Shown: piece after piece, positions 20,576-29,923 of the stretch
Layout of the letters: each line of letters starts with the position of its first letter
Position numbering within the stretch: the first letter of the stretch is position 1
From: an uncultured Gemmatimonadales bacterium
GTDB taxonomy: Bacteria > Gemmatimonadota > Gemmatimonadetes > Longimicrobiales > RSA9
Reading direction: 5' to 3'
Assembly: GCA_963798085.1 (NCBI GenBank)
Contig: CAWCRS010000005.1
Coordinates: forward strand, 544,001 to 608,000
DNA length: 64,000 nucleotides
Notes under the pieces: model-generated
Told to the model about the DNA's origin: nothing
Databases searched by the model: none
What the model saw: only the letters and a program-made list of their open reading frames with translations
Position numbers and translations under genes: made by a program

Positions 20576-22177
20576 ATGGGCAAGAAGAAGCTGCGGATCG
20601 GGATCCTGGACCTGGTGACCCGGGCGCCATCGCCGGGCCTGTACGGCCGTGTGATGAACCCCAACCTGGCGAGCATCATGCCGCAGGCCGTGGGTGTATG
20701 GTGCCAGGAGCTTGGGCACGATGTCACCTTCGTCTGCTACACGGGCTCGGAGGACCTGCTGCGGGAGCTGCCCGAGGCCATGGACGTGCTGTTCGTGGGC
20801 GCGTTCACACAGGCCGCGCAGCTCTCGTATGCGATCAGCAACCTGTTCCGGCAGCGCGGCGCCGTGACGGTGCTGGGTGGTCCGCACGCCCGCTGCTACC
20901 CCGACGATGCGCGGCAGTACTTCGACTACGTCCTTGGCTTCACGGATCGCCCGCTGATCGAGGACATCCTGAAGGATTGTGCGCCGCACCGGCCGGTGGG
21001 CGTGCTCGCGCGCGCGAGCCGTCAGCCGCTGGAGTTGCCGGGTGTGCGGGAGCGCTGGCGCTTCATCGAGCCGACGCTCGCCAAGTGCCCGACGAGTCTC
21101 AAGCTCGTGCCGATGATCGGCAGCCTGGGCTGTCCCTACACGTGCGCGTTCTGCATTGACTCGGTGGTCGACTATCAGCCCATGAGCTACGACCAGATCC
21201 GCGAGGATCTGCGTTTCCTGGTGAAGACGATGAAGCGGCCGTACGTCGGCTGGCACGATCCGAATTTCGGCGTGCGTTTCGACGACTTCCTGGGAGCCAT
21301 CGAGGACGCGGTGCCGGCCGGCAGCGTGTCGTTTGCTGCGGAGAGCAGTCTTTCGCTGCTGTCCGAGGCCAATCTGAAGCGCATGCAGAAGGCCGGCTTC
21401 AAGGCCATGCTCCCGGGCATTGAATCGTGGTTCTCGCTGGGCAACAAGGCGAAGACGGGGCGCAAGCAGGGCATGGCGAAGGTGGAGCAGGTCTCCGACC
21501 ATGTGAACATGATCCTGCGTTATATCCCGTACGTTCAGACCAACTTCGTGTTGGGCATGGACGACGATGTGGGTGATGAGCCCTTCGAGTTGACCAAGCG
21601 GTTCCTGGACAAGACGCCCGGTACGTTCCCGGGCTATTCGCTGCTCACCGCGTTCGGCGAAGCGGCGCCGCTGAACCTGGAGCTGCAGCGTGCGGGCCGC
21701 CTGCTGCCGTTCCCGTTCCATTTCCTGAACAACAACCAGGCGATGAACGTCCGGCCCAAGAACTACCAGTGGCCGGATTTCTACGACCGGATGATCGACC
21801 TGACCGAGTACTCGTTCTCGTGGAAGACGATCATGCGCCGGGCGCGGGGCACGCCTCTTGGATTCCCCACGTGGGTCAACTTCGTGCGCGGCGTTTCCTC
21901 GGAGGGCTTCGGCCGGATCAAGTACCACCGCAACATCCGGCGCATGCTGGACACGGACCGATCGGTTCGCGCCTTCTTCGAGGGTGCGAGCGACACGTTG
22001 CCGGATTTCTACGTGCAGCGAATCCGGCGCGAGCTGGGTCCATTGTGGGAACAGCTGCCCCCGAACGCCCTGATGCACGATCCGCTGGCGTACATGCGCA
22101 AGTCGACGGCGGAGTCACTGGTCACGCTGACAGCGGCGGCCTCGCCGGCGCCGGACATCACGCTGTCGCCCAACTGA
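20576..22177 (+). CDS. B12-binding-domain radical SAM protein
   Basis: N-terminal B12-binding-like region (VLGGPHA), CPYTCAFC cluster motif, GIES, FVLGMD. Confidence 0.85.
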   Translation: MGKKKLRIGILDLVTRAPSPGLYGRVMNPNLASIMPQAVGVWCQELGHDVTFVCYTGSEDLLRELPEAMDVLFVGAFTQAAQLSYAISNLFRQRGAVTVLGGPHARCYPDDARQYFDYVLGFTDRPLIEDILKDCAPHRPVGVLARASRQPLELPGVRERWRFIEPTLAKCPTSLKLVPMIGSLGCPYTCAFCIDSVVDYQPMSYDQIREDLRFLVKTMKRPYVGWHDPNFGVRFDDFLGAIEDAVPAGSVSFAAESSLSLLSEANLKRMQKAGFKAMLPGIESWFSLGNKAKTGRKQGMAKVEQVSDHVNMILRYIPYVQTNFVLGMDDDVGDEPFELTKRFLDKTPGTFPGYSLLTAFGEAAPLNLELQRAGRLLPFPFHFLNNNQAMNVRPKNYQWPDFYDRMIDLTEYSFSWKTIMRRARGTPLGFPTWVNFVRGVSSEGFGRIKYHRNIRRMLDTDRSVRAFFEGASDTLPDFYVQRIRRELGPLWEQLPPNALMHDPLAYMRKSTAESLVTLTAAASPAPDITLSPN

Positions 22178-22270
22178 TCGGTTGTGCCGATCCCGGCGAC
22201 GCCAGTCGCCGGGATCGGCGGCTGATCGCGGGCAGTTCGCCGCGTTGTCCCGACCATCGTCCGCTGAAAC

Positions 22271-23671
22271 GTGCGATCGCTGACCCTGCGCCGTTCCCTC
22301 ATCCTTCCCATCGCGCTCGCGTGCGGGTCCGGGCCGGCATCCGTACGCGCGCAGGTCGCTGACAGCGCAGGGGCACGCGGGTGCGGACCGTTGCGCGCCT
22401 CACTCGCCGTCGAGGAAGTGCTCGCCATCAATCTCGCCGTCAACCGGTTCGATGCGGTGGTTCTGAAGGACGAGTGGGCGCGCTCGAACTTCGAGAGCTG
22501 GAGTCGCAACTTCCGACTGGGCTGGGAATGGGATGAGAACGCGTTCCCGACGAACATGTTCGCGCACCCGTTCCACGGCTCGCAGTACTTCAGCTCCGGG
22601 CGTGCGAACTGTCTGAACTACTGGGAGTCGGCGCCGCTGGCCTTCCTCGGCTCCTGGGTCTGGGAGTTCTTCGGCGAGACGTTCCGCCCTTCGTTCAACG
22701 ACTTCCTCATGACGAGCTTCGGCGGCGTCGCGGTGGGTGAGATGACGCACCGTGTGGCGGCGACACTGCGCGACACGGAAACGCGCGGCGCGGGGCGCGT
22801 GACACGCGAAGCTGCGGCACTGCTGATCAACCCCATTGAGGGAATCAACCGCTTGTTTCGCGGGCAATGGACGGCAGTGGCGCCGAATCCGCCGGAACAT
22901 GATGCGGGCGCTTTCGCCTTCCGCTTCGGCGCCGGTGTGCGCAAGGTCCACGACGATTCGTCGGGCGTCAGCAATTTTGCGCCGACCATTCTCGTCGACA
23001 TTGATTATGGCGATCCGCTCGATCACGCGTATCGCGAGCCCTTCGACGCCTTCTCCGTGCACGTGCAGGTCAGCCCGGGCGGCGGCGGCCTGAATGCGCT
23101 GCAGACGGAGGGTCGCATCTTTCAGCTGGCGCTGCCGTGGTGGGGGACGAGGGTGAGGCATGCGCTCATGCTCTCGCATCGCTACGACTACATTAACAAT
23201 CCCGTCTACAGCTTCGGCGCGCAGAGCATTGAGACCGGACTGATTTCGCGTTTCCCGCTGCCGGGACAGTTCGTGCTGCACGCAAAGGCGGCCGCCGATG
23301 TCGTCGTGCTGGGCGCCATCAACGCGCCATTCAGCGGCTTCGGCGAGCGCACGTACGATTTCGGTCCTGGCGCCGGTAGCCGGCTGCAGTTCGCGCTGGT
23401 GCGCAACGGCAACACGTATCTCTCGTGGTACAATCGCGGCGAGTACGTGCACTCGGTGAGCGGCGCTCCGGCGGATCACGTCATCCTGTTTTCCGGGCTC
23501 GAAGGCAACTTCCCGCTCGCCCACGGGATTGGCCTGGGCTTTTACGTGAGCGGCGACCGCCGGCAGAGCCGCTACATGAATGGGCCGCAGAACACGCGAG
23601 ACTTCCTCGAGTCGCGCGTTTTCCTGTCCTGGGCGGGAGCGCGGCGCTCGGCCGGCGGCGAAGTGCGATGA
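22271..23671 (+). CDS. DUF3943-like secreted/outer-membrane protein
   Basis: Signal peptide; WEWDENAF.TN.FAHPFHG..Y...R, GS..WE..GE..RPS.ND, GG..VGE; beta-rich C-terminus. Confidence 0.7.
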   Translation: MRSLTLRRSLILPIALACGSGPASVRAQVADSAGARGCGPLRASLAVEEVLAINLAVNRFDAVVLKDEWARSNFESWSRNFRLGWEWDENAFPTNMFAHPFHGSQYFSSGRANCLNYWESAPLAFLGSWVWEFFGETFRPSFNDFLMTSFGGVAVGEMTHRVAATLRDTETRGAGRVTREAAALLINPIEGINRLFRGQWTAVAPNPPEHDAGAFAFRFGAGVRKVHDDSSGVSNFAPTILVDIDYGDPLDHAYREPFDAFSVHVQVSPGGGGLNALQTEGRIFQLALPWWGTRVRHALMLSHRYDYINNPVYSFGAQSIETGLISRFPLPGQFVLHAKAAADVVVLGAINAPFSGFGERTYDFGPGAGSRLQFALVRNGNTYLSWYNRGEYVHSVSGAPADHVILFSGLEGNFPLAHGIGLGFYVSGDRRQSRYMNGPQNTRDFLESRVFLSWAGARRSAGGEVR

Positions 23672-24282
23672 AACACTCGATTGCGACTTGCCTCTTCGCC
23701 CTGCTGGCGGCAATGCCCGCGCATGATATCACGGCGCAGCGGCCGTATCGCAGCGGTTTCTGGCTGGAGAACGGCGTGGGCACGGGCACCATTCGCATCG
23801 GTTGCACGAGTTGCGCGGAGCCCACGGTCGTGTATGGGCAGAGCAGCTACCTGCGCGGCGGCGGCTCGCTCTCCTCGCGTGTGCTGCTGGGCTTCGAGGT
23901 CTTCGCGCTGCTCGATGACCACTTCGGCATCGCGCAGGGTGACAGCTCCCTTACGGTCGAAAACGTGAGCCTGGGCCCGGTGGTGCTGTGGTATCCGTGG
24001 CGCAGCGGCCTCTTCTTCAAGGGCGGCTTCGGCCTTGCCCACGCGGAAGTCACTCTTGGCGCCACCGACCCGAAGACGCAACCGGTCTCGCTCGCCAGCG
24101 GTACCGGCTCGGGCGTGACGTTCGGCGTCGGCTTCGACGTGCCTGTCTTCAAGTGGCTCGCGATCACTGCCAATCTGGGCATCTACTACACGGCGCTCGG
24201 CGACGTCACCGTGCGGGGTTCGCTCGTGGACGACGTCATCACATCCATGTACAACGCCAACTTCGCGATCACCATCCGCTAG
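23668..24282 (+). CDS. Small outer-membrane beta-barrel protein
   Basis: Signal peptide, alternating amphipathic strands, C-terminal aromatic strand; ATGA overlap with the previous gene. Confidence 0.65.
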   Translation: MKHSIATCLFALLAAMPAHDITAQRPYRSGFWLENGVGTGTIRIGCTSCAEPTVVYGQSSYLRGGGSLSSRVLLGFEVFALLDDHFGIAQGDSSLTVENVSLGPVVLWYPWRSGLFFKGGFGLAHAEVTLGATDPKTQPVSLASGTGSGVTFGVGFDVPVFKWLAITANLGIYYTALGDVTVRGSLVDDVITSMYNANFAITIR

Positions 24283-24304
24283 CTCGTCAATAGCGGGTTG
24301 TGCG

Positions 24305-25675
24305 CTACAGCGCGTAGCGATCGAGGCGCATGACCAGCGACTGCAGGCCCTCCGCGAGCGTGGGATGAACCGCTTCCGCGTCCACAATGGCGCGGGCGGT
24401 GGCGCCGGCCTGCATCAGGGCGACGAATACGTGGATCAGCTCGCCCGCCTCGAAACCCACAATGGCCGCGCCCAGGATGCGCTCGGTGTCCGGGTCGATG
24501 AGCACCTTGAGTGTGCCGGCCGTCTCATCCAGCTCGATGGCGCGCGAGATGTTGCCGAACGGCATGGACGCCATCGCGTAGCGGATTTCCTGTCGTTTCG
24601 CGTCGCGTTCGGACAGGCCCACGCGCGCCACCTGCGGATCCGTGAACACGGCGTACGGCACCAGCCGGTCCCTGCGCGTACGTCCGGCACCGTGGCGCAG
24701 CAGGTCGTACAGAATGCGATGGTCATCCCACGACGTGTGCGTGAACTGCGGGCCGCCCGTCACATTGCCGATGGCGAACACGCCGTCGGTGCTGGTGCGA
24801 TAGTGATCGTCGACCTGGATGAAACCGCGTTGGTCGAGACGGATGCCGCCCGCCTCACAGCCCAGCAGTTCGGTGTTGGCGGATCGGCCCACGGCGACGA
24901 GCAGGTGGCTGCCCGTCACGGCGCTGCCGTCATCGAGGTGCACGCTCACGTCGTTGCCGGTTTGTGCGACGGCCGAAACCTGCCGGCCCAGGCGAAGCTC
25001 GATGCCTTCGTTGCGGAAGACCCCCTCGAGCGATTGCGAAATGTCCTCATCCTCGCGGTCGACGAGGTGTGAGCCGCGATTGATGATCGTGACCCTGCTG
25101 CCGAAGCGCCGGAACATCTGGCCGAACTCGCAGCCGATGTAGCCACCGCCCAGCACAACCAGGTGGGCGGGCGTCTCGCGCAGCTCCATGATGCCCGTGC
25201 TGTCCACCCAGGCCACCTGGTCCAGACCGGGCAATGGCGGAATCGCCGGCCGGCACCCCGCATTGATGACAATGACGTCGGCACTGCAGCGCTCGTCGTT
25301 GACCTCGATAACACGCGGTTCGACGAAGCGGGCCGTGCCCGCGAGCGAAGTGAGGCACGAGCCCGCTCTCTGCAGTCGTCGCCCGATGCCATCGCGCCAG
25401 TGCCGCACAATGCCGTTCTTGCGGTCGACGACGGCGCTCAGATCGACGTGCACATCGGGCACGCGCACGCCCAGGCGAGCCGCGTTGCGCGCGACGTGCG
25501 CGGCGCGTGCGCTCGCCACCATGGTCTTGGTCGGCGTACAGCCGCGGTTCACGCAGGTGCCGCCCAGCTCCGCGCGTTCGACCAGGAGCGTGCGCCTGCC
25601 GGCCGCGGCCGAACGCACGGCGAAAGGAACGCCACCCTGCCCGCTGCCGATCACGATTACATCGAAGCGCTTCAC
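24305..25675 (-). CDS. Class I pyridine nucleotide-disulfide oxidoreductase (mercuric-reductase-like/RclA-like)
   Basis: GTG start VKRFDVIVIGSGQGG; GGTCVNRGCTPTK redox disulfide; GGGYIG; HPT; no C-terminal Cys pair. Confidence 0.88.
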   Translation of the reverse strand: MKRFDVIVIGSGQGGVPFAVRSAAAGRRTLLVERAELGGTCVNRGCTPTKTMVASARAAHVARNAARLGVRVPDVHVDLSAVVDRKNGIVRHWRDGIGRRLQRAGSCLTSLAGTARFVEPRVIEVNDERCSADVIVINAGCRPAIPPLPGLDQVAWVDSTGIMELRETPAHLVVLGGGYIGCEFGQMFRRFGSRVTIINRGSHLVDREDEDISQSLEGVFRNEGIELRLGRQVSAVAQTGNDVSVHLDDGSAVTGSHLLVAVGRSANTELLGCEAGGIRLDQRGFIQVDDHYRTSTDGVFAIGNVTGGPQFTHTSWDDHRILYDLLRHGAGRTRRDRLVPYAVFTDPQVARVGLSERDAKRQEIRYAMASMPFGNISRAIELDETAGTLKVLIDPDTERILGAAIVGFEAGELIHVFVALMQAGATARAIVDAEAVHPTLAEGLQSLVMRLDRYAL

Positions 25676-26239
25676 CGGCCCCCCTTGTTGTTCACGTGCG
25701 GTGCGTGGCGCGGCGTGCCGCGATGCGACCTGCATGGCGTATCCGTGCGGACCGCGTCCGTGGCCTGGATGACATTGGACGAAAGGAACGCGCAGCCCTG
25801 CTCGTGCAACACTCGCGCCGCACTGAAGATCGCACTGCGGGTCGTTTGGGTGATGGCCATTGCCGGCGAGTGGAAACGCGCTGGCTGCGAAGAAGTTCCT
25901 GACGAACAGCCCTGCTGCCAGCCCTGCGTGTGCGGGAGCGCGATGCCCGGGCCGAGTCGCCACTCGGGCTGACCCGGTCGTGGAGACCGGGTCCCTCGGC
26001 CTGCGCATAAGACACACCCCGACAGCGTGGGTCGGGTACGGGTTCGCCGGTGGACAGCCTGAGCGCGCGCACAATCGTGCCCGGTGCAACCGTGGACTTC
26101 ACCGGGCTCGTGTCCGACGCGGCCGGGCGCCGGCCCGGCGGGCGCCACCCGGCACGGGCAGCGCCGCCATCGGAGTGAAGGCCAGCAGGCTGATCATGGG
26201 GTATTCCCTCCCGTGTCTCGAAACCTGCGTTCGTCCCGG

Positions 26240-26734
26240 TTACAGCAATGGCGCGGTGCCGAAGTTCACGCTGAAGCGGCGGCACCAGATGGTCACGGCG
26301 CGGTATTTCGACAGGTCCGTATCCGCGGGCAGCGCGTAGTTCTGATCGCCCATGTTGCCCTTCATGGCGCCCAGTTCCAGGAAACCGGCTTTGGTAACAG
26401 TCTCGTTATCAGTCACATCACCGGCGGCAACCAGGTACACGTGCACATCCGGTCCGTTGGAGGTTGCGAACTCCGTGAGGCGCAGTGTCAGCCTGCCGTC
26501 AGGAAGCCGGTAGATGGTTGCCTTGCCGCGCGTCTCGTGCGCGTTGCTGTGGAAGCTGCCATTGACGACCTGCACGGGCTGCGCTTCCATGCCCGCCTGC
26601 ATGGTGGCGGCCGAAGCCTGCGGGAACGATTCATCCACTGTTCTGTTGACGAACAGGCGCTCGGGCCGGAACGCATACCACAGTCCGGCCAGCACGACCA
26701 GACCGAGGGCAATGATGAAAGGACGCTTCTGCAT
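26240..26734 (-). CDS. DM13-domain protein
   Basis: N-terminal TM; H.T.G.A, NGPDVHVYL, LG.MKGN.GDQNY, IWCRRFSVNFGTA. Confidence 0.88.
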   Translation of the reverse strand: MQKRPFIIALGLVVLAGLWYAFRPERLFVNRTVDESFPQASAATMQAGMEAQPVQVVNGSFHSNAHETRGKATIYRLPDGRLTLRLTEFATSNGPDVHVYLVAAGDVTDNETVTKAGFLELGAMKGNMGDQNYALPADTDLSKYRAVTIWCRRFSVNFGTAPLL

Positions 26735-26815
26735 GGTACTGCCTCCTGTTTCTCCTGGGGATCACGCGCGCCGCAGAAGCGCGACGCGCGTAGTTCGCTC
26801 GTTCAGTGCGGGCTA

Positions 26816-26844
26816 TAACGTCGCGGGTCGCGGAAACGGTTCCA
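26816..26844 (-). promoter_or_regulatory. Candidate ECF promoter TGGAACC-N17-CGTTA
   Basis: About 80 nt upstream of the DM13 start; resembles the motifs at 33066 and 42510. Confidence 0.45.
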
Positions 26845-27025
26845 TGCGGTGCAGGATGTCGCGATCGGGTTGCGGGGCACGCCTCGAGAGACATGCGCAG
26901 CGTTTCGTGAAACGGCGTGCGCACGCTGCATTCGGGGACGCAACCAGCGCGCGACGGGTGCCGATAGTGCAGCAGCCGGCGGCTGCCGTCGGCGAGGCGA
27001 CAATCCCGTACCGGAGCATGACATC

Positions 27026-29791
27026 ATGAGCCACATTGGATCGGTGGCGAGCCGTCTCAGGGAAACAGCCGAGCGCACGCAGAACTGGACGCGCTGGGGT
27101 CCGTACCTCTCGGAGCGCCAGTGGGGCACGGTGCGCGAGGATTACTCGGAGTACGGCGACTGCTGGGAATATTTTCCGCACGACCATGCGCGCAGTCGTG
27201 CGTATCGCTGGGGCGAGGATGGCCTGCTCGGCATCACCGACCGCGAGGGCCGCCTCTGCTTCGGGCTGGCCCTGTGGAACGGGCAGGATCCGATCCTCAA
27301 GGAGCGCCTGTTCGGTCTGACCGGACCGGAGGGCAATCACGGCGAGGACGTGAAGGAGCTGTACTACTTCCTCGACTCCACACCCACGCACTGCTACATG
27401 AAGGCGCTCTACAAGTATCCGCAGCGCGCGTTCCCCTACGAAGAGCTGCTGCGCGAGAACCGGCTGCGCGGCGCGCACGATCCCGAGTACGAGCTGCTGG
27501 ACACGGGCGTGTTCGCGGAAGACCGCTACTTCGATGTGTTTGCCGAGTACGCGAAGCACGCGCCCGACGACATCCTCGTGCGCGTGACCCTCGTGAATCG
27601 CGGACCCGAGGCTGCGCCGCTGCACGTGCTGCCCACACTCTGGTACCGCAACACGTGGTCCTGGGGCCGCACCGGCGAAGGCTACTGGCCGAAGCCACGC
27701 ATGGCGGGCACGGACAGCGCCAGTGCGCGACTGGAGCACGCATCGCTCGGGCGGTTCGTCTTTCATGCGGATGCGACGGACGCGGGCGAGTTGCCCGACC
27801 TCCTGTTCACCCACAACGAAACGAACGCCGAGCGCCTGTTCGGCTCAGGCAATAACAGTCCGTTCGTGAAGGATGCGTTCCACGAATACGTGATTCACGG
27901 GCGCCGCGACGCGGTGAATCCCGCAGGCGAGGGCACGAAGCTGGCCGCGCACTATCGCATGGTCATCCCCGCAGGCGGGCAGGTGGTGCTGCGCCTGCGC
28001 CTCTCCGCCGAGAGCCAGGCGCCGGCGAAGCCTTTCGCTGCGGCGTTCGACACCACGTTCGCGCACCGGCTGCGGGAAGCCGATGAATTCTACGCCACGC
28101 GCATTCCGTCCTCGGCCGGCGAAGACGAGCGTCGCGTCATCCGCCAGGGCTACGCGGGACTGCTGTGGTCCAAACAGTTCTTCCACTACATCGTGCGCCA
28201 CTGGCTGGAGGGTGATCCCGCGCAGCCGCGGCCGCCGCGGGCGAGGCTCGAGGGCCGCAACCACGACTGGCCGCACCTGTACAACCGCGACGTCATCTCC
28301 ATGCCCGACACGTGGGAGTATCCCTGGTACGCGGCCTGGGACCTGGCCTTCCACATGATCCCGTTCGCGCACGTCGACGGCGACTTCGCCAAACAGCAGC
28401 TGGTGCTGTTCCTGCGCGAATGGTACATGCATCCCAACGGTCAGATACCGGCATACGAGTTCGCCTTCGGCGACGTGAATCCGCCGGTGCACGCCTGGGC
28501 CTGCTGGCGCGTCTACAAGATGACGGGCAGGCGGGGTCAACGCGACCGTGCCTTCCTCGAGCGCGTCTTCCACAAGCTCCTCCTCAACTTCACGTGGTGG
28601 GTCAACCGCAAGGACTTCGACGGTAACAACCTGTTCGAGGGCGGCTTCCTCGGCCTGGACAACATTGGCGTCTTCGACCGCTCTCAGCCACTGCCCACGG
28701 GCGGCCACCTGGAGCAGGCGGACGGCACCGCCTGGATGGCGTTCTTCTGCGCCACCATGCTCTCCATGGCGCTGGAGCTGGCGGCGGAGGACCCCGTGTA
28801 CGAAGACGTCGCGTCGAAGTTCTTCGAGCACTTCGTCGCCATCACCGATGCCATGAACTCACTGGGTGGCACCGGCCTCTGGGATGACCTGGATGGCTTC
28901 TACTATGACCAGCTGCACGTCGATGACCACGTAATGCCACTGCGACTGCGGTCCGCGGTGGGCCTGATTCCGCTGTTCGCCTGTGAAATCCTGGACAACC
29001 GCCGCATACGCAAGCTGAGCAACTTCACGAAGCGCATGAACTGGTTCCTCGAGAACCGGCCCGAGCTGCGCCAGCAGATTTCCTACATGCAGCGCGATGG
29101 TGCCGGCGAGGAAGATGACATGCGCCTCCTCGCCATACCCTCGCGCGAGCGCCTGGAGCGTGTGCTGCGCTACATGCTGGACGAGAACGAATTCCTATCG
29201 CCATACGGCCTCCGCTCCATCTCGAAGGTGCACGAGCAGCATCCGTACACGCTCGACGCCGACGGTACGCGCTACGTGGTGGAATACGATCCGGGCGAGT
29301 CGACGACGCGTCTGTTCGGCGGCAACTCGAACTGGCGCGGACCCATCTGGTTCCCGCTCAACTTCCTGCTCGTGGAAGCGCTCGAGCGCTATCACCACTT
29401 CTACGGGGATTCGCTGCTCGTCGAATTCCCCACAGGCTCCGGTCAGCGCGTGAATCTGCGTACGGTGGCGCGCGAGCTGGCGTCGCGGCTGGCGAAGCTG
29501 TTCCTGGCGGATGCGCAGGGACGCCGTCCCTGTCATGGCGATGAGCGCCGCTACGCCGAGGATCCGCACTGGCGCGACCTCGTGCTCTTCAACGAGTACT
29601 TCCACGGCGACAACGGGCGCGGCCTGGGCGCTTCGCACCAGACCGGCTGGACTGCGCTGGCCGTGCGCTTCCTCGAGGACATGGTGAAGGCCAGAACGGA
29701 AGAGAGCGCGACGCATGACGACACCGGAACCGACGCTGCTGCAGCAGCCGTCTCTGCGGGCGTGGCGGCCGGGTCCAGCCGAGGCGGGTGA
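27026..29791 (+). CDS. MGH1-like/GH63-related glycoside hydrolase
   Basis: WGPYLSERQWGTVREDYS, SMPD.WEYPWYAAWDLAFH, GGFLGLDNI, GGNSNWRGPIW, GLGASHQTGWT. Confidence 0.9.
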   Translation: MSHIGSVASRLRETAERTQNWTRWGPYLSERQWGTVREDYSEYGDCWEYFPHDHARSRAYRWGEDGLLGITDREGRLCFGLALWNGQDPILKERLFGLTGPEGNHGEDVKELYYFLDSTPTHCYMKALYKYPQRAFPYEELLRENRLRGAHDPEYELLDTGVFAEDRYFDVFAEYAKHAPDDILVRVTLVNRGPEAAPLHVLPTLWYRNTWSWGRTGEGYWPKPRMAGTDSASARLEHASLGRFVFHADATDAGELPDLLFTHNETNAERLFGSGNNSPFVKDAFHEYVIHGRRDAVNPAGEGTKLAAHYRMVIPAGGQVVLRLRLSAESQAPAKPFAAAFDTTFAHRLREADEFYATRIPSSAGEDERRVIRQGYAGLLWSKQFFHYIVRHWLEGDPAQPRPPRARLEGRNHDWPHLYNRDVISMPDTWEYPWYAAWDLAFHMIPFAHVDGDFAKQQLVLFLREWYMHPNGQIPAYEFAFGDVNPPVHAWACWRVYKMTGRRGQRDRAFLERVFHKLLLNFTWWVNRKDFDGNNLFEGGFLGLDNIGVFDRSQPLPTGGHLEQADGTAWMAFFCATMLSMALELAAEDPVYEDVASKFFEHFVAITDAMNSLGGTGLWDDLDGFYYDQLHVDDHVMPLRLRSAVGLIPLFACEILDNRRIRKLSNFTKRMNWFLENRPELRQQISYMQRDGAGEEDDMRLLAIPSRERLERVLRYMLDENEFLSPYGLRSISKVHEQHPYTLDADGTRYVVEYDPGESTTRLFGGNSNWRGPIWFPLNFLLVEALERYHHFYGDSLLVEFPTGSGQRVNLRTVARELASRLAKLFLADAQGRRPCHGDERRYAEDPHWRDLVLFNEYFHGDNGRGLGASHQTGWTALAVRFLEDMVKARTEESATHDDTGTDAAAAAVSAGVAAGSSRGG

Positions 29792-29923
29792 GTGAACGGC
29801 GTTGCCGGGGCTGGGTGCTCAGGCGGGTTGCGCGAGAACGGATTCCTCGACAACCGGTTTGTTCGTGTCGCGTTTGCTGGTTTGAAGAGCTTTCCTGCAG
29901 TACGCTGAACGCAAGGGAGTGCG

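Noticed and set aside
24305..25675. merA mercury resistance
   Set aside because: No C-terminal Cys-Cys pair, no N-terminal metal-binding domain and no mer operon
25672..26148. 158-aa ORF overlapping the reductase start
   Set aside because: No recognisable motifs, shadow-ORF-like composition and no clear RBS
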